DNA of 63,984 bases, counting the filler, from a bacterium (GTDB taxonomy: Bacteria; JBBIVP01): NCBI GenBank assembly GCA_037439705.1. It is 11 parts of 11 records of this genome, joined end to end, with 100 filler letters (N's around TTAATTAATTAA, not from the genome) between each part and the next. Parts side by side here need not be neighbours in the genome. Positions count along the whole stretch, not along the records: positions 19,012 to 25,092 come from JBBIVP010000129.1; positions 25,193 to 31,217 come from JBBIVP010000131.1; positions 31,318 to 37,311 come from JBBIVP010000132.1; 8 more parts are not named here. One strand, 5' to 3'. The translations under genes and the position numbers were made by a program. Below are positions 21,329 to 31,328 of the stretch, one piece after another; positions within the stretch are counted from its first letter, which is position 1, and each line of letters begins with the position of its first letter. The notes under the pieces are model-generated. The model was not told the DNA's origin, did not search any database, and was given only the letters and a program-made list of their open reading frames with translations.

Positions 21329-22291
21329 TTAATCCCTGACAAAAGTAGTAGCAATAAGAAGTCCTGTGGGATTCATAAAAGGCACATCCTCTTTTGTAAT
21401 TACTTTAATAGGTGAAACATCTCCAGAATCTGTTTTTTCATAAACGGTAACAGAATTACCCAGCATGTTTGCAACAAAAAGCTTATCTCCATAAATGCCT
21501 ATTCCCACAGGTCCTTTGAGAAGAGTATCCTCACCTTTTATAACTCGTATTGGAAAAGTATTACCTGAAGCGGATAGAGGATAAACAACCACAGCATCTG
21601 CTCCGAAACTCGCCACAAACATTTCTTTCCTTTTCTCATCAATTGCTATACCTTCAGGAAATGAAAGAAGGGTGTCTGGACCCTCAATAACCCTTGTAGG
21701 GTAAGCATTGCCTGATGCATCAGTAGGGTAGAAGGTTATGGAGTGTCCCAACCAATTACTTACTGCTATTTCCCCCTCAAGTCCCTTGCAGGCGACCCCA
21801 GCTGGCCAGTAGAGACGGGTGAGAGACCCTTCTATCACTCTGAGAGGGGAAACATTCCCAGATGCATCCCTTGGAAAGACCGTTATCCTTCCAGCCCATA
21901 TATTTATGATGAACATCTCGTTACTTCCATCAGGAATACATACGCCTTTTGAACCGTCAAACTTTGTCTTCTCTCCACCTAAAATCCTGCTTACCTCAAA
22001 TCTTCCCTCGTCCGTCATCCTGAAGAAAAAAATCCTGTTGTTCCACCAGCTTGAAACCACGAGTTCTTTTCTCTCCACATCCTCAAACATGCCATAAGGT
22101 CCGGCTATTTTTCCATCCCCGGATAAATTACCTTCAGGAACAAAGTTTATGGAAGGGGTAAGTTTAAAAACAGAAACATAGTGCCCCATGAGATTGCTAA
22201 CAAAGAGCATACTTTCAAAAGATTCCTCCTTCTCTCCACACCGAGGTATAACGGCCATTATCACGCATAATGCCTTCCACATTTTCTTCAT
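21329..22291 (-). CDS. NHL-repeat beta-propeller, probable lipoprotein
   Basis: Short hydrophobic leader ending in Cys; repeated GNxxPxRVIxGxxTxLxxPxGI units. Confidence 0.75.
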   Translation of the reverse strand: MKKMWKALCVIMAVIPRCGEKEESFESMLFVSNLMGHYVSVFKLTPSINFVPEGNLSGDGKIAGPYGMFEDVERKELVVSSWWNNRIFFFRMTDEGRFEVSRILGGEKTKFDGSKGVCIPDGSNEMFIINIWAGRITVFPRDASGNVSPLRVIEGSLTRLYWPAGVACKGLEGEIAVSNWLGHSITFYPTDASGNAYPTRVIEGPDTLLSFPEGIAIDEKRKEMFVASFGADAVVVYPLSASGNTFPIRVIKGEDTLLKGPVGIGIYGDKLFVANMLGNSVTVYEKTDSGDVSPIKVITKEDVPFMNPTGLLIATTFVRD

Positions 22292-22983
22292 TGTGTCTTC
22301 CAGTAGTAAAGAGTTGGATTATGTCCGCTGAGGTGGCAGTTATAGCATCCTGCCCTATAGCGCTCATCTCCCTGAAAGTGGCAAAATCCACATGCCTCCT
22401 GTGGTTTCACGTCATTAAATTTGGCAGTTTCTTCTATAAGTTCTGTATGGGAATCGTGTATTCCCAAAATAGAAAAATTGTGACAGTCAGTGCACTGCGT
22501 TATTGCACCGTGTTTACCCTCCATAAGGTTGTGACATCCTCTGCATCCTGGATTGATTGCGCGAACTTTTATGCCAGGCCTAGGACCTACAAATCCTTCA
22601 TGGAAAACCTTCTTATGTCCCCCTGAAATGATCAGCTCCCCACCTTCTGGGATTTCTCTCAACCAATCATGACATCCCTTACAGTCTCCCCCTTCATCTG
22701 GATAGAGTGTAATTCCGTGTTCCTCATGGCACATTTCACACCTTTCCATATCCATCTGCGAGTGCTTTCCCCTTTTTACCCACTCTATCCCAAGCCATTT
22801 AAGAACAAAGCCCGTTCCTTTTACCTCAAAGGATGAGAGCACCTTCACTCCTTCTCCTTTCTTTTCCATCACGCTCTTCTGGGAGCCCATTTCTCCCTTT
22901 TCCACCAGCGAAGCAAATGGATGGCATCCCGTGCATTCATAAGTTATGGTATTCAAAAGAATGAGCATGAGAAAAAAGTTCAT
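22288..22983 (-). CDS. Multiheme (7 CxxCH) c-type cytochrome
   Basis: CTGCH, CEMCH, CKGCH, CRGCH, CTDCH, CGFCH, CYNCH; ATG at 22983 overlaps the GMC stop. Confidence 0.85.
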   Translation of the reverse strand: MNFFLMLILLNTITYECTGCHPFASLVEKGEMGSQKSVMEKKGEGVKVLSSFEVKGTGFVLKWLGIEWVKRGKHSQMDMERCEMCHEEHGITLYPDEGGDCKGCHDWLREIPEGGELIISGGHKKVFHEGFVGPRPGIKVRAINPGCRGCHNLMEGKHGAITQCTDCHNFSILGIHDSHTELIEETAKFNDVKPQEACGFCHFQGDERYRAGCYNCHLSGHNPTLYYWKTQ

Positions 22984-24428
22984 GCGGATATTCCTTCTGC
23001 AATCCACTCTGCTAATGCTGCGATGGTGAGAGCTGGATTTACGCCCACGCTGTATGAGAATATGCTCCCATCCACAATGTAAAAATTTTCGTATCCCCAG
23101 ACTTCACCGAATCTCTGCTTGCTCGGGTCCCCGCATACCACAGAACTGCTCTCATCGTCTCCCATTCTGCATGTGCCGAGTTGGTGAAGTGTTCCGTAGA
23201 ATCCACCAAATCCTCCTTCACCACTTATCAACACCTCTCCTCCATTTCCTTCCACAAGGTTATGAACAATAAGAGATGTTTCCTCGTAGTATTTACGAGT
23301 CTCCTCGCTCGGTTCATAACTCACTACTGGCTCACCCTTTTCATCTATTGCTACCTCACCATCTCCTGAAGTCATACCAACTGTTGCAATAAAGAACAAA
23401 CGGTCTCTGAATTCCTCCATTAACCGCTTGTGGTTCACTCCCCAATTGGACGGAGGAGAAGATGGATAAAAAAGGCTGAGAAGCGGAAAGATGGAAGGAG
23501 GAGCGGTGATAACCTCTAACATAAATCCTTTTTCGCGCCAGAATGCAAACGAAACCACACCACCGTCTTCCCTCCCTTTGAAGGTTTCTGGTTTGAGGTC
23601 ATCTTTGCCAACGAGAACTGCAAAGACATTATCTCCGTTCAATGAAAGGTTCTTGCCCACCTGCTCCCAGTTGATGTGCGGAAGATTCTTTCTTGAACGA
23701 AGAAGGAGGGCTGGCGTTTCTATACTCCCACACGCCAGAACGAGTATCCGCGATTCTATGAATCTTTCTTCTCCATATTTATCCACATACCGCACAGTGT
23801 AGCTCTTGTTTGCTTCATAATATATCTCCCTTACATCACACTCTGCCCTTATCTCCGCACCCCTTTCTTCTGCAGAAGGAAGGTAGTTCAGAATCAAACT
23901 TTGTTTCCTCCCAAACCTGCATCCAAATATACACCATCCACATTCAAGGCAATTGTAAATAGCATAGGGTGCTCTTTCACAAGTTAACCCCTCAGATGCT
24001 AACCAGTTTGCAAGTACCCCTCCTTTCTTTGGAATCTTTTTCCATTGTAGTTGATTTACTTTTAAAATTTGAGAGACTCTGTTGTAATATGGGTCAAGTT
24101 TCTCCCTTGTTACAATCGCCGGCCACTGCCTTTTTCCATCCACCTTTATCTCCAGAGCAGAAGTGGGCGCTTTAAGAGAAACACCTCCGTAGACAATAGA
24201 ACCACCACCCACGCACCTTGCTGTAAGAACCCCCAGCCTTCTTCCCGCGTAAATCTGATAGAGGTTGGTTAGGTACTTTATATCCAGAGTTTGACGGAAA
24301 TCACTCGATCGGAAGTATTTTCCCCTTTCCAAAACCACTGTCTTCAATCCCTTCTCTGCAACTCGCAAAGCTGTGACACTTCCTCCAAAACCAGAACCCA
24401 CTACGCAAGCATCAAAGTATTCAGTCAT
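22980..24428 (-). CDS. GMC-family FAD oxidoreductase (cholesterol oxidase-like N-terminus) with a Cys cluster
   Basis: VVGSGFGG, VGGGSIVY, CLECGWCIFGC, HQLGTCRMG, VGVNPALTIAALAE; no signal peptide. Confidence 0.9.
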   Translation of the reverse strand: MTEYFDACVVGSGFGGSVTALRVAEKGLKTVVLERGKYFRSSDFRQTLDIKYLTNLYQIYAGRRLGVLTARCVGGGSIVYGGVSLKAPTSALEIKVDGKRQWPAIVTREKLDPYYNRVSQILKVNQLQWKKIPKKGGVLANWLASEGLTCERAPYAIYNCLECGWCIFGCRFGRKQSLILNYLPSAEERGAEIRAECDVREIYYEANKSYTVRYVDKYGEERFIESRILVLACGSIETPALLLRSRKNLPHINWEQVGKNLSLNGDNVFAVLVGKDDLKPETFKGREDGGVVSFAFWREKGFMLEVITAPPSIFPLLSLFYPSSPPSNWGVNHKRLMEEFRDRLFFIATVGMTSGDGEVAIDEKGEPVVSYEPSEETRKYYEETSLIVHNLVEGNGGEVLISGEGGFGGFYGTLHQLGTCRMGDDESSSVVCGDPSKQRFGEVWGYENFYIVDGSIFSYSVGVNPALTIAALAEWIAEGISA

Positions 24429-24976
24429 GGAAGATTCCCATCCAATGTCATTTCCTCTGCGAACTTTTTTCCATAAGAAGTATCACTCACGCCCGCATTT
24501 GGCACAAACCCCATAAGTTTCAGCCCTGCAGGATTATACCATCCTGAATAAAATGCCACGAGAGCAAAGGCTATCGCTGGATAGTAAAAGTAATTCTCCC
24601 TTTCTATAAGAAGATGCGTTCTCTCTTCAAAATTGAGCTCTATGAATTTTCTATCATAAGCTTTTATGGAAAAGGCATCAAGGTCTTTCGCAAGCAGCTC
24701 TAAAGGTGAAGAGAACCATTGGAAAAATGAAGGGTCATAAAACACATTGATGACACATCCTTCCTCCGCTCCCGGTTTCCGTTCAGGATCGTTCATCTCA
24801 CCAGGAATAATAGTGTCAAGAAATGCCTCTATAGTCTTTTGGGTATGGGTTTTGGGTTGAAGACATCTTGAAATTTCTGTTTCTTTCCATTTTTTACATC
24901 CTAAGTGAAACAGCACGCTGAAAAATAAGGACGAAAAGGAAAAAATAAAATTTCTTCTTGTAACTCCGTCTCCCAT
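24425..24976 (-). CDS. Tat-signal lipoprotein, small-subunit-like partner of the GMC enzyme (DUF5987/gluconate dehydrogenase subunit 3-like)
   Basis: TRRNFI twin-arginine motif, lipobox LGC, TIEAFLDTIIPG, F..L..EER..LL, GLKLMGF. Confidence 0.7.
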   Translation of the reverse strand: MGDGVTRRNFIFSFSSLFFSVLFHLGCKKWKETEISRCLQPKTHTQKTIEAFLDTIIPGEMNDPERKPGAEEGCVINVFYDPSFFQWFSSPLELLAKDLDAFSIKAYDRKFIELNFEERTHLLIERENYFYYPAIAFALVAFYSGWYNPAGLKLMGFVPNAGVSDTSYGKKFAEEMTLDGNLP

Positions 24977-24983
24977 TTTTATC

Positions 24984-25012
24984 ATATTATCTTGAAAAAA
25001 TACCGATGTCAA
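24984..25012 (-). promoter_or_regulatory. Sigma70-type promoter of the GMC/cytochrome operon
   Basis: TTGACA-17 nt-TAATAT, ending 7 nt before ATG 24976. Confidence 0.6.
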
Positions 25013-25282
25013 GATGGAAAAAAACTCTTTCAGGTTATGATATATTATCGATGTATGTAAGGTATTGAATAGGATATTGAAGAATGTTTATTNNNNNNNN
25101 NNNNNNNNNNNNNNNNNNNNNNNNNNNNNNNNNNNNTTAATTAATTAANNNNNNNNNNNNNNNNNNNNNNNNNNNNNNNNNNNNNNNNNNNNAGCAATCA
25201 TTTGTATAAGTTATATATTATGCGACATTTTATGATTTTGAATGAGATAATTTAAGGGGCTTTTTGAACAAGGGATTTGTTT

Positions 25283-25324
25283 CATCTCTCACTCCTTAAT
25301 GTCGCGCACATCTTAACTTTTCCA
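25283..25324. repeat. 42-bp dispersed repeat, copy 1 (copy 2 at 49361-49402)
   Basis: 37 of 42 positions identical between the two copies by direct ungapped alignment. Confidence 0.8.
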
Positions 25325-25488
25325 GGTTGTTTGAGAGAGAGGGGGGAATATGAAAAAATTCAATCTTAATAAAAATTGACGAAAAATTTACAAAAAGGAT
25401 TGCGGAAGTCAAAATTCAAAACCTGACCCCCGACTCCCATTCACGTAGGGGTTTACCACAAATCATCAAAGAAGGTGGCTATTTCAGG

Positions 25489-26139
25489 TTAAGACATAGT
25501 GTCCATCTTTGCTGCCTGGAGCAAATACTCAACAAACTGGTCTTCACTAACCGCTCCTACAAACTCAAGTGCATCATTTATTACAGTTTTTGGGACACTA
25601 GCAATTTTGTAAAGTGAAGCCATCTCAGGATACTCACTTACCTCAACCCCAAACGCAGATATATTACTGTTTTCCATAGCAGCCTGATTGGCAAGAAGAA
25701 CAGCAGAGGGGCAATAAGGACAGGATGGTGTAACAAATACCTGAATTTTTAAGGGAACATTTATTTCTTTTATTTTTTCACGATTTGAAGATTTAAATTT
25801 TGTTTTACCTTTTGAGACGAGGATTATGCTTTCAAGGAGTGTGGCAAATTCATATCCCGCGGGGATTCCAAAAAACCTTATTCCGTAATCCCTCTCTCCC
25901 ACCAGCCCAATAGCAGGAATTTTATCTATCCCGTACTTTTTTGATAGTTCTTCATTTTCCAGTGGAGAAATTATTTCTACTGAAAGTTTCGGAGATAACT
26001 CAACAACTTCCTTTATGAGTTCTTCTGTGGGTTCACAGAATTCGCAGTTTATTCTTTGAGAAAAGAGGAGAATTTTCACTGGGTTCTCCATTTCTTCAAG
26101 CCTCTTTTTTATTATTTCTCTGTCTTTCTCTGTAAGCAT
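25489..26139 (-). CDS. Protein disulfide oxidoreductase (two thioredoxin folds, AhpF N-terminal-like)
   Basis: CEFC and CPYC active sites; GIRFFGIPAGYEF; SVPKTVIN. Confidence 0.92.
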   Translation of the reverse strand: MLTEKDREIIKKRLEEMENPVKILLFSQRINCEFCEPTEELIKEVVELSPKLSVEIISPLENEELSKKYGIDKIPAIGLVGERDYGIRFFGIPAGYEFATLLESIILVSKGKTKFKSSNREKIKEINVPLKIQVFVTPSCPYCPSAVLLANQAAMENSNISAFGVEVSEYPEMASLYKIASVPKTVINDALEFVGAVSEDQFVEYLLQAAKMDTMS

Positions 26140-26171
26140 CTTTTTCCTCCTTTTTTAAATTTTGATACTTT

Positions 26172-26918
26172 TCACACCAAAAAGGTTTCAAAAATTTCTG
26201 GAATTATTTTGAGAGCGATATCAAATTGCATTTTTGTTACCATGTTGATAAGACTTCCTATTTCAATTATCTGGGTTTTTGTTAGGCTCAATCTATGTAA
26301 AATTTCTGGCTGAAAAAAGAACTTTTCCAGAACTTTCATCGTTGCTTTTGAAAGCCTTATTCCTCCGCTCTCACATTTTAAACAGAAAAACCCGCCGCTT
26401 CTGGGATGAAAAACTCCATTTTCCTTTATTTTTTTTAAACATCTCACACATTTTATATCCGAAGGCATAACTCCTTCCTTCTGGAGGATGAAAATTTCGG
26501 AGTAAAGTAAAATTTTCAACAAATTTTTCCCTTCTGATGAATCAGCGGAGGAGTAAAATGAAAGGGCGGTTTCGTATAGAGATTTATCATATCTTTCAAA
26601 AGGCTTTATTATTGAGAGCAAAAATTTTGCAAAATATCCACACATCAAGAATTTTTTCCAGTTCCTTCTTATGTTTACAAATCTCCTCTTAATATCTGCA
26701 CTTTCAAGGATGAATTTTCCATATAACCTTGAAGAACTCATCCAGACTTCTATTTCATTGAAAAGTTCAAGGGTATTTACAAATCTGTGAAGGCTTTTCT
26801 TTCCTCCCTTGGCAATAAGTGTGAGTTTTCCAAATTTGTTGCTGATACCTTCTACCTCAAAGTCAATATCTCCCACATCCCTTTTTGAAAGAATGAGCAT
26901 ACGAGTTTTGTAAAACAT
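26172..26918 (-). CDS. recO: DNA repair protein RecO
   Basis: GKLTLIAKGGKKS..RF...LELF; C-terminal CVRC/CLKC zinc site. Confidence 0.85.
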   Translation of the reverse strand: MFYKTRMLILSKRDVGDIDFEVEGISNKFGKLTLIAKGGKKSLHRFVNTLELFNEIEVWMSSSRLYGKFILESADIKRRFVNIRRNWKKFLMCGYFAKFLLSIIKPFERYDKSLYETALSFYSSADSSEGKNLLKILLYSEIFILQKEGVMPSDIKCVRCLKKIKENGVFHPRSGGFFCLKCESGGIRLSKATMKVLEKFFFQPEILHRLSLTKTQIIEIGSLINMVTKMQFDIALKIIPEIFETFLV

Positions 26919-26987
26919 AAGAAAATTTTAACAATTTTTTTAACTAACTTCACATACGACAAAGTGATTTTGGTAAAAAATATACAT

Positions 26988-27016
26988 TTGACTTTATGGC
27001 GGATAAATACTATAAT
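26988..27016 (+). promoter_or_regulatory. Sigma70-type promoter of dnaJ-htpX-clp
   Basis: TTGACT-17 nt-TATAAT, ending 6 nt before ATG 27023. Confidence 0.65.
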
Positions 27017-27022
27017 TTTAAT

Positions 27023-28084
27023 ATGAGGATGAAAGATTATTATTCCATACTCGGAGTTTCAAGAAATGCTACACAGGAAGAGATAAAGGAGGCTTACAAG
27101 CGTCTTGCAAAGCAGTACCATCCGGACAGGAATCCGGGTGATAAGTCGGCAGAGGAAAAGTTCAAGGAAATTAATGAAGCATACCAGGTTCTTGGAGACC
27201 CACAGAAAAGGGCGCAATATGACAGAGCATATCAGTTTGGATTCAACTCCTTCGGTGATGACTGGAAAAGAACTGATTTCAACTTTGACTTTTTAAATTT
27301 TGACTTTTCAAATCTGGGAGATATTTTTGATACCTTCTTTGAGAGCACAGAGACAAAGGTTCCTGAAAGAGGAGAGGACATAGAGGTAGAAAAGGAAATT
27401 TCCCTTGAAGATGTATTTCATGGAAGGAGTTTTGAAATTGGTTATACAAGGCTTCAGCCATGTTCTGTATGCGGAGGAAGGGGTTATAAAACTGGAAAAA
27501 GCGGAGTTTGTGCAACCTGTGGGGGTAGAGGATATGTGAAAGCATCACACGGATTATTTTCCATAAAGCAAACCTGCCCCACCTGTAAGGGAACAGGGAA
27601 AAGAGGAAGCTTTTGTTCCTCCTGCGTAGAAGGAAGGGTTCAGGGTTATGAGAGAATAACAGTAAAAATCCCAAAGGGAATAAGAGACGGAGAAAAATTG
27701 AGGATTCAGGGGAAGGGAAATGCCGGGAGATTTGGAGGAGAACCAGGCGACATCTATATAAAGGTAAAACTTATTCCCCATCCTCTTTTTGAAGTAAATG
27801 GAAACGATGTGATTTATCAGCTTCCCATTTCCGTATTTGATGCAATTCTCGGGAAGGAAGTTGAAGTTCCAACCCTTGACGGAAAAATTTCTTTACGGAT
27901 TCCTCCCGGAACAGATAGCGGAACAAAACTTCGCGTAAAGGAGAAGGGGCTTCCCGATAGAAATGGTAGAATGGGAGATATGTTCGTTCAGATAAAAATC
28001 ATGGTTCCAAAGAACCTTTCTGAGGAAGAAAAGAAGGATTTTGAAAGGTTGAAAAATACCCTTTTGAGGAATAAAAAACTTTAA
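27023..28084 (+). CDS. dnaJ: Chaperone DnaJ
   Basis: J-domain with HPD; four CxxCxGxG-like zinc motifs; C-terminal substrate-binding domain. Confidence 0.92.
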   Translation: MRMKDYYSILGVSRNATQEEIKEAYKRLAKQYHPDRNPGDKSAEEKFKEINEAYQVLGDPQKRAQYDRAYQFGFNSFGDDWKRTDFNFDFLNFDFSNLGDIFDTFFESTETKVPERGEDIEVEKEISLEDVFHGRSFEIGYTRLQPCSVCGGRGYKTGKSGVCATCGGRGYVKASHGLFSIKQTCPTCKGTGKRGSFCSSCVEGRVQGYERITVKIPKGIRDGEKLRIQGKGNAGRFGGEPGDIYIKVKLIPHPLFEVNGNDVIYQLPISVFDAILGKEVEVPTLDGKISLRIPPGTDSGTKLRVKEKGLPDRNGRMGDMFVQIKIMVPKNLSEEEKKDFERLKNTLLRNKKL

Positions 28085-28098
28085 GGAGGTGATGTAAA

Positions 28099-28947
28099 TT
28101 GAGAAATACTCTTAAAACCACAATCCTTCTGGCTTTTCTCACAGGGCTTTTCATAGTAATAGGAAATCTGCTTGGAGGTAATGAAGGGATGATATTTGCG
28201 TTAATTCTTGCTGCAGGAATGAACTTTTTCTCATACTGGTTTTCCGATAAACTTGTTCTTGCTTTTATGAGGGCAAAAGAGGTTACTCCAAACGAGGCAC
28301 CATGGCTTCATTCAATGGTAGAAAAATTCGCTCTCAGTGCAGGAATTCCGAAACCAAAGGTTTACATAGTTCAATCACCTTCTCCAAATGCGTTTGCAAC
28401 AGGAAGGAATCCATCACATTCAGCAGTGGCAGTCACAACCGGAATTATTGACCTCTTATCAAGGGAGGAACTTGAAGGAGTTCTGGCGCATGAGATAGCC
28501 CATGTAAAAAACAGGGATACACTGATAAGTGCTGTTGCAGCAACCATTGCTGGAGCAATAATGGTCCTTGCCAATATGGCAAGGTGGGCGATAATATTTG
28601 GAGGTGGAAGAAGAGATGAAAGAAACAGGGGAGGAGAATTTTTTCTCCTTTTAATGCTAATTCTTGCTCCTCTTGCAGCTACACTCATTCAACTTGCCAT
28701 ATCCCGTTCAAGGGAGTATGAAGCGGATGCGGATGGAGCAAAGATAGCAGGAAATCCGATGGGACTTGCGAAAGCCCTCCAGAAACTCGCATACGCTTCA
28801 GCGAGGATTCCAATGAATGTATCACCCCATTACTCACATCTTTTTATAGTCAATCCTTTATCAGCAAAGGATATATTTATTAAACTTTTCAGCACACATC
28901 CACCAATTGAAGAAAGGATAAGAAGGCTTATGGAGATGAAGTTCTAA
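28099..28947 (+). CDS. htpX: Zinc metalloprotease HtpX
   Basis: [39 protein letters not shown] start after AGGAGG. Confidence 0.95.
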   Translation: MRNTLKTTILLAFLTGLFIVIGNLLGGNEGMIFALILAAGMNFFSYWFSDKLVLAFMRAKEVTPNEAPWLHSMVEKFALSAGIPKPKVYIVQSPSPNAFATGRNPSHSAVAVTTGIIDLLSREELEGVLAHEIAHVKNRDTLISAVAATIAGAIMVLANMARWAIIFGGGRRDERNRGGEFFLLLMLILAPLAATLIQLAISRSREYEADADGAKIAGNPMGLAKALQKLAYASARIPMNVSPHYSHLFIVNPLSAKDIFIKLFSTHPPIEERIRRLMEMKF

Positions 28948-28949
28948 AA

Positions 28950-31217
28950 ATGGATATGTTTGACCTAACATCCTTTAAAGAGAGGCTCTCGGAGAGGGCT
29001 CAAAGGGTTATAAAGTATTCAATAGAGGATGCCCAGAGGAGAAATCATTATTACCTCGGCGTTGAGCATATTTTTCATTCAATTTCTGTCGTTGAATTAA
29101 AGCTTTTTAATCTTGTGTTTGAAAGCGTTGGAGTTGACCCAAATATGGTGAGAAAGGTAATAAATAACTATCTTGATACGCCAAAACAATACCTCGGAGT
29201 TGGAGTAAAAATTACACCGGAGGTAAAAATGCTATTTCAGAATGCATTTGAGAATTCAAGGAATTCGGGTAGGTACCTGATTACATCTGTTGACCTATTT
29301 ATTGCCATTTTTCAGAATTCAAGGTGGATTCCAGCAAGAATAGTTAAGGAGTTCGGCTTAACCCCTCAGGAGGTGATTAACGGGATTGTATTTCATGCCA
29401 AAAGGCGTGAGATTTTTGAAAAAGAATTAAAGAAAAAATTTGAACTTCCTCCATTCCTCAAGCAGTTTGGGATTAACCTTAACGAACTTGCCTATTTTGA
29501 CCGTATACCTCCTCTTATAGGAAGAGAAAAAGAATTAGAAGAAGTAGTCTCAATTCTCTGTCAGAAAGAAAGATGTAATTCAGCCATGCTGGTTGGTGAA
29601 GCAGGTGTTGGGAAAACTGCTATTGCAGAGGGGCTTGCAAGAAAGATAGAGTTTGAGCCCGAAGCCCTTCCTCCACAGATAAGAAACAAACAGATTGTAA
29701 ACATCCAGATGAATTCTGTAGTTGCTGGAACTGTCTTCAGGGGAATGTTTGAGGAAAGGATGGAGAAAATAATAAAGGAATTAAAGGAAAGTAAAAATTA
29801 CATAATGTTCGTTGATGAAGCACATACCATTATAGGAGCAGGTTCCGCAATGGGAGTTCCCGCAGATGCAGCAAATATCCTGAAGTCCTCCCTATCAAAG
29901 GGAGAAATCCAGATGATAGGAGCAACAACTTATGAAGAATACAGAATGTTCATTCAGGAGGATTCAGCACTTTCAAGAAGGTTTCAGGTAGTTTATGTGG
30001 AGGAACCAAGTTTAGAAGATACAAGGAAAATTCTCAGGGAATTAAAGGGAAGGTTTGAAACTACATACAATATAAAAATTTCAGATTCCGCAATAGATAC
30101 AACAATTGAACTTTCAAAAAGATATTCAAGGCACATAAGGCTGCCGGATAAGGTTATAAGGTGGATGACAAATGCGTGCGTTAGAACCCAGTTAAACCAC
30201 CCTCATGAGCCCCTTTCCTCTGAGGACATATATCATGTTGTTTCAAGGGATGCAAAAATTCCCTTCGTTATGGTAAAAAGGGATGTTCTTGAGACCTTTA
30301 AGGACTTTGAAACCGCTATAAGTAAAAGAATTGTGGGGCAGAGACATATTATAGAAGCGCTCGGGAAAAAACTGAGGATGAACAAAGGACCACTCAAAGA
30401 AAACTTCAAAAGACCCGATGGAGTTTTTCTCTTCCTTGGTCCCACAGGGGTGGGAAAAACCGAGACCGCAAAGGCTATTGCGGAATTCCTTTACGGAGAT
30501 GAGGACAGGATGATAAGGATTGATATGAGCGAATATACAGATGGAACGGTTTCTGTGGACAAACTTATAGGAATGCCGAGAGGAATAGCTGGGTCTGAAA
30601 TGGGTGGAGTTTTAACGAGCAAGATAAGGGAAAATCCATCAAGTGTGGTTCTTCTTGATGAGATTGAAAAGGCGCATCCACTTGTGTTCAATCTGTTCCT
30701 TCAGGCTTTTGATGAAGGATTTATTACCGATGGAAGGGGAAAGAGGGTGTATTTCAGCGATGCAATTATTATAATGACATCAAATGTCGGGTCCTCTGAG
30801 ATAGAAAAGACGCTTCATCCTCCCGGATTTATAAGTGAGGAAAACCTGATAAAAAAGAACCTGTGTGATTTGATAAAGAAACAGGCAGAAAATTACTTTT
30901 CTCCAGAATTTTTGAACAGAATAGATGAAGTTTTTGTGTTTTCTCCACTTACACAGGAAGAGGTTGAGGAGATTGCAAGGCGTTACCTCAACAGTATAAA
31001 CGCACAGCTTTCAAGCTTTGGTAAGAGCCTTGAAGTCAGCAATGAAGCTATAAAACTTCTTGCAAAGCTTGGATACAGTATGAAATACGGTGCCAGATTT
31101 TTAAAGAGGACAATTGATGAAAAGGTGAAAGTTCCCATTACCCTAATGTGGAACAGTGGAAACCTTTTCAATGTTGATGCTGAAGGAAACGAGATTTCGG
31201 TAAAAGAATCAAAAAGC
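28950..31217 (+). CDS. Class I Clp/Hsp100 ATPase (ClpA/ClpC-like, no middle domain), nearly complete
   Basis: Clp N-domain; Walker A GEAGVGKT and GPTGVGKT; Walker B FVDEAH and LLDEIEKAH; PEFLNRID; YGARFL. Confidence 0.9.
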
Positions 31218-31328
31218 NNNNNNNNNNNNNNNNNNNNNNNNNNNNNNNNNNNNNNNNNNNNTTAATTAATTAANNNNNNNNNNNNNNNNNNNNNNNNNNN
31301 NNNNNNNNNNNNNNNNNAAAAAATATCT

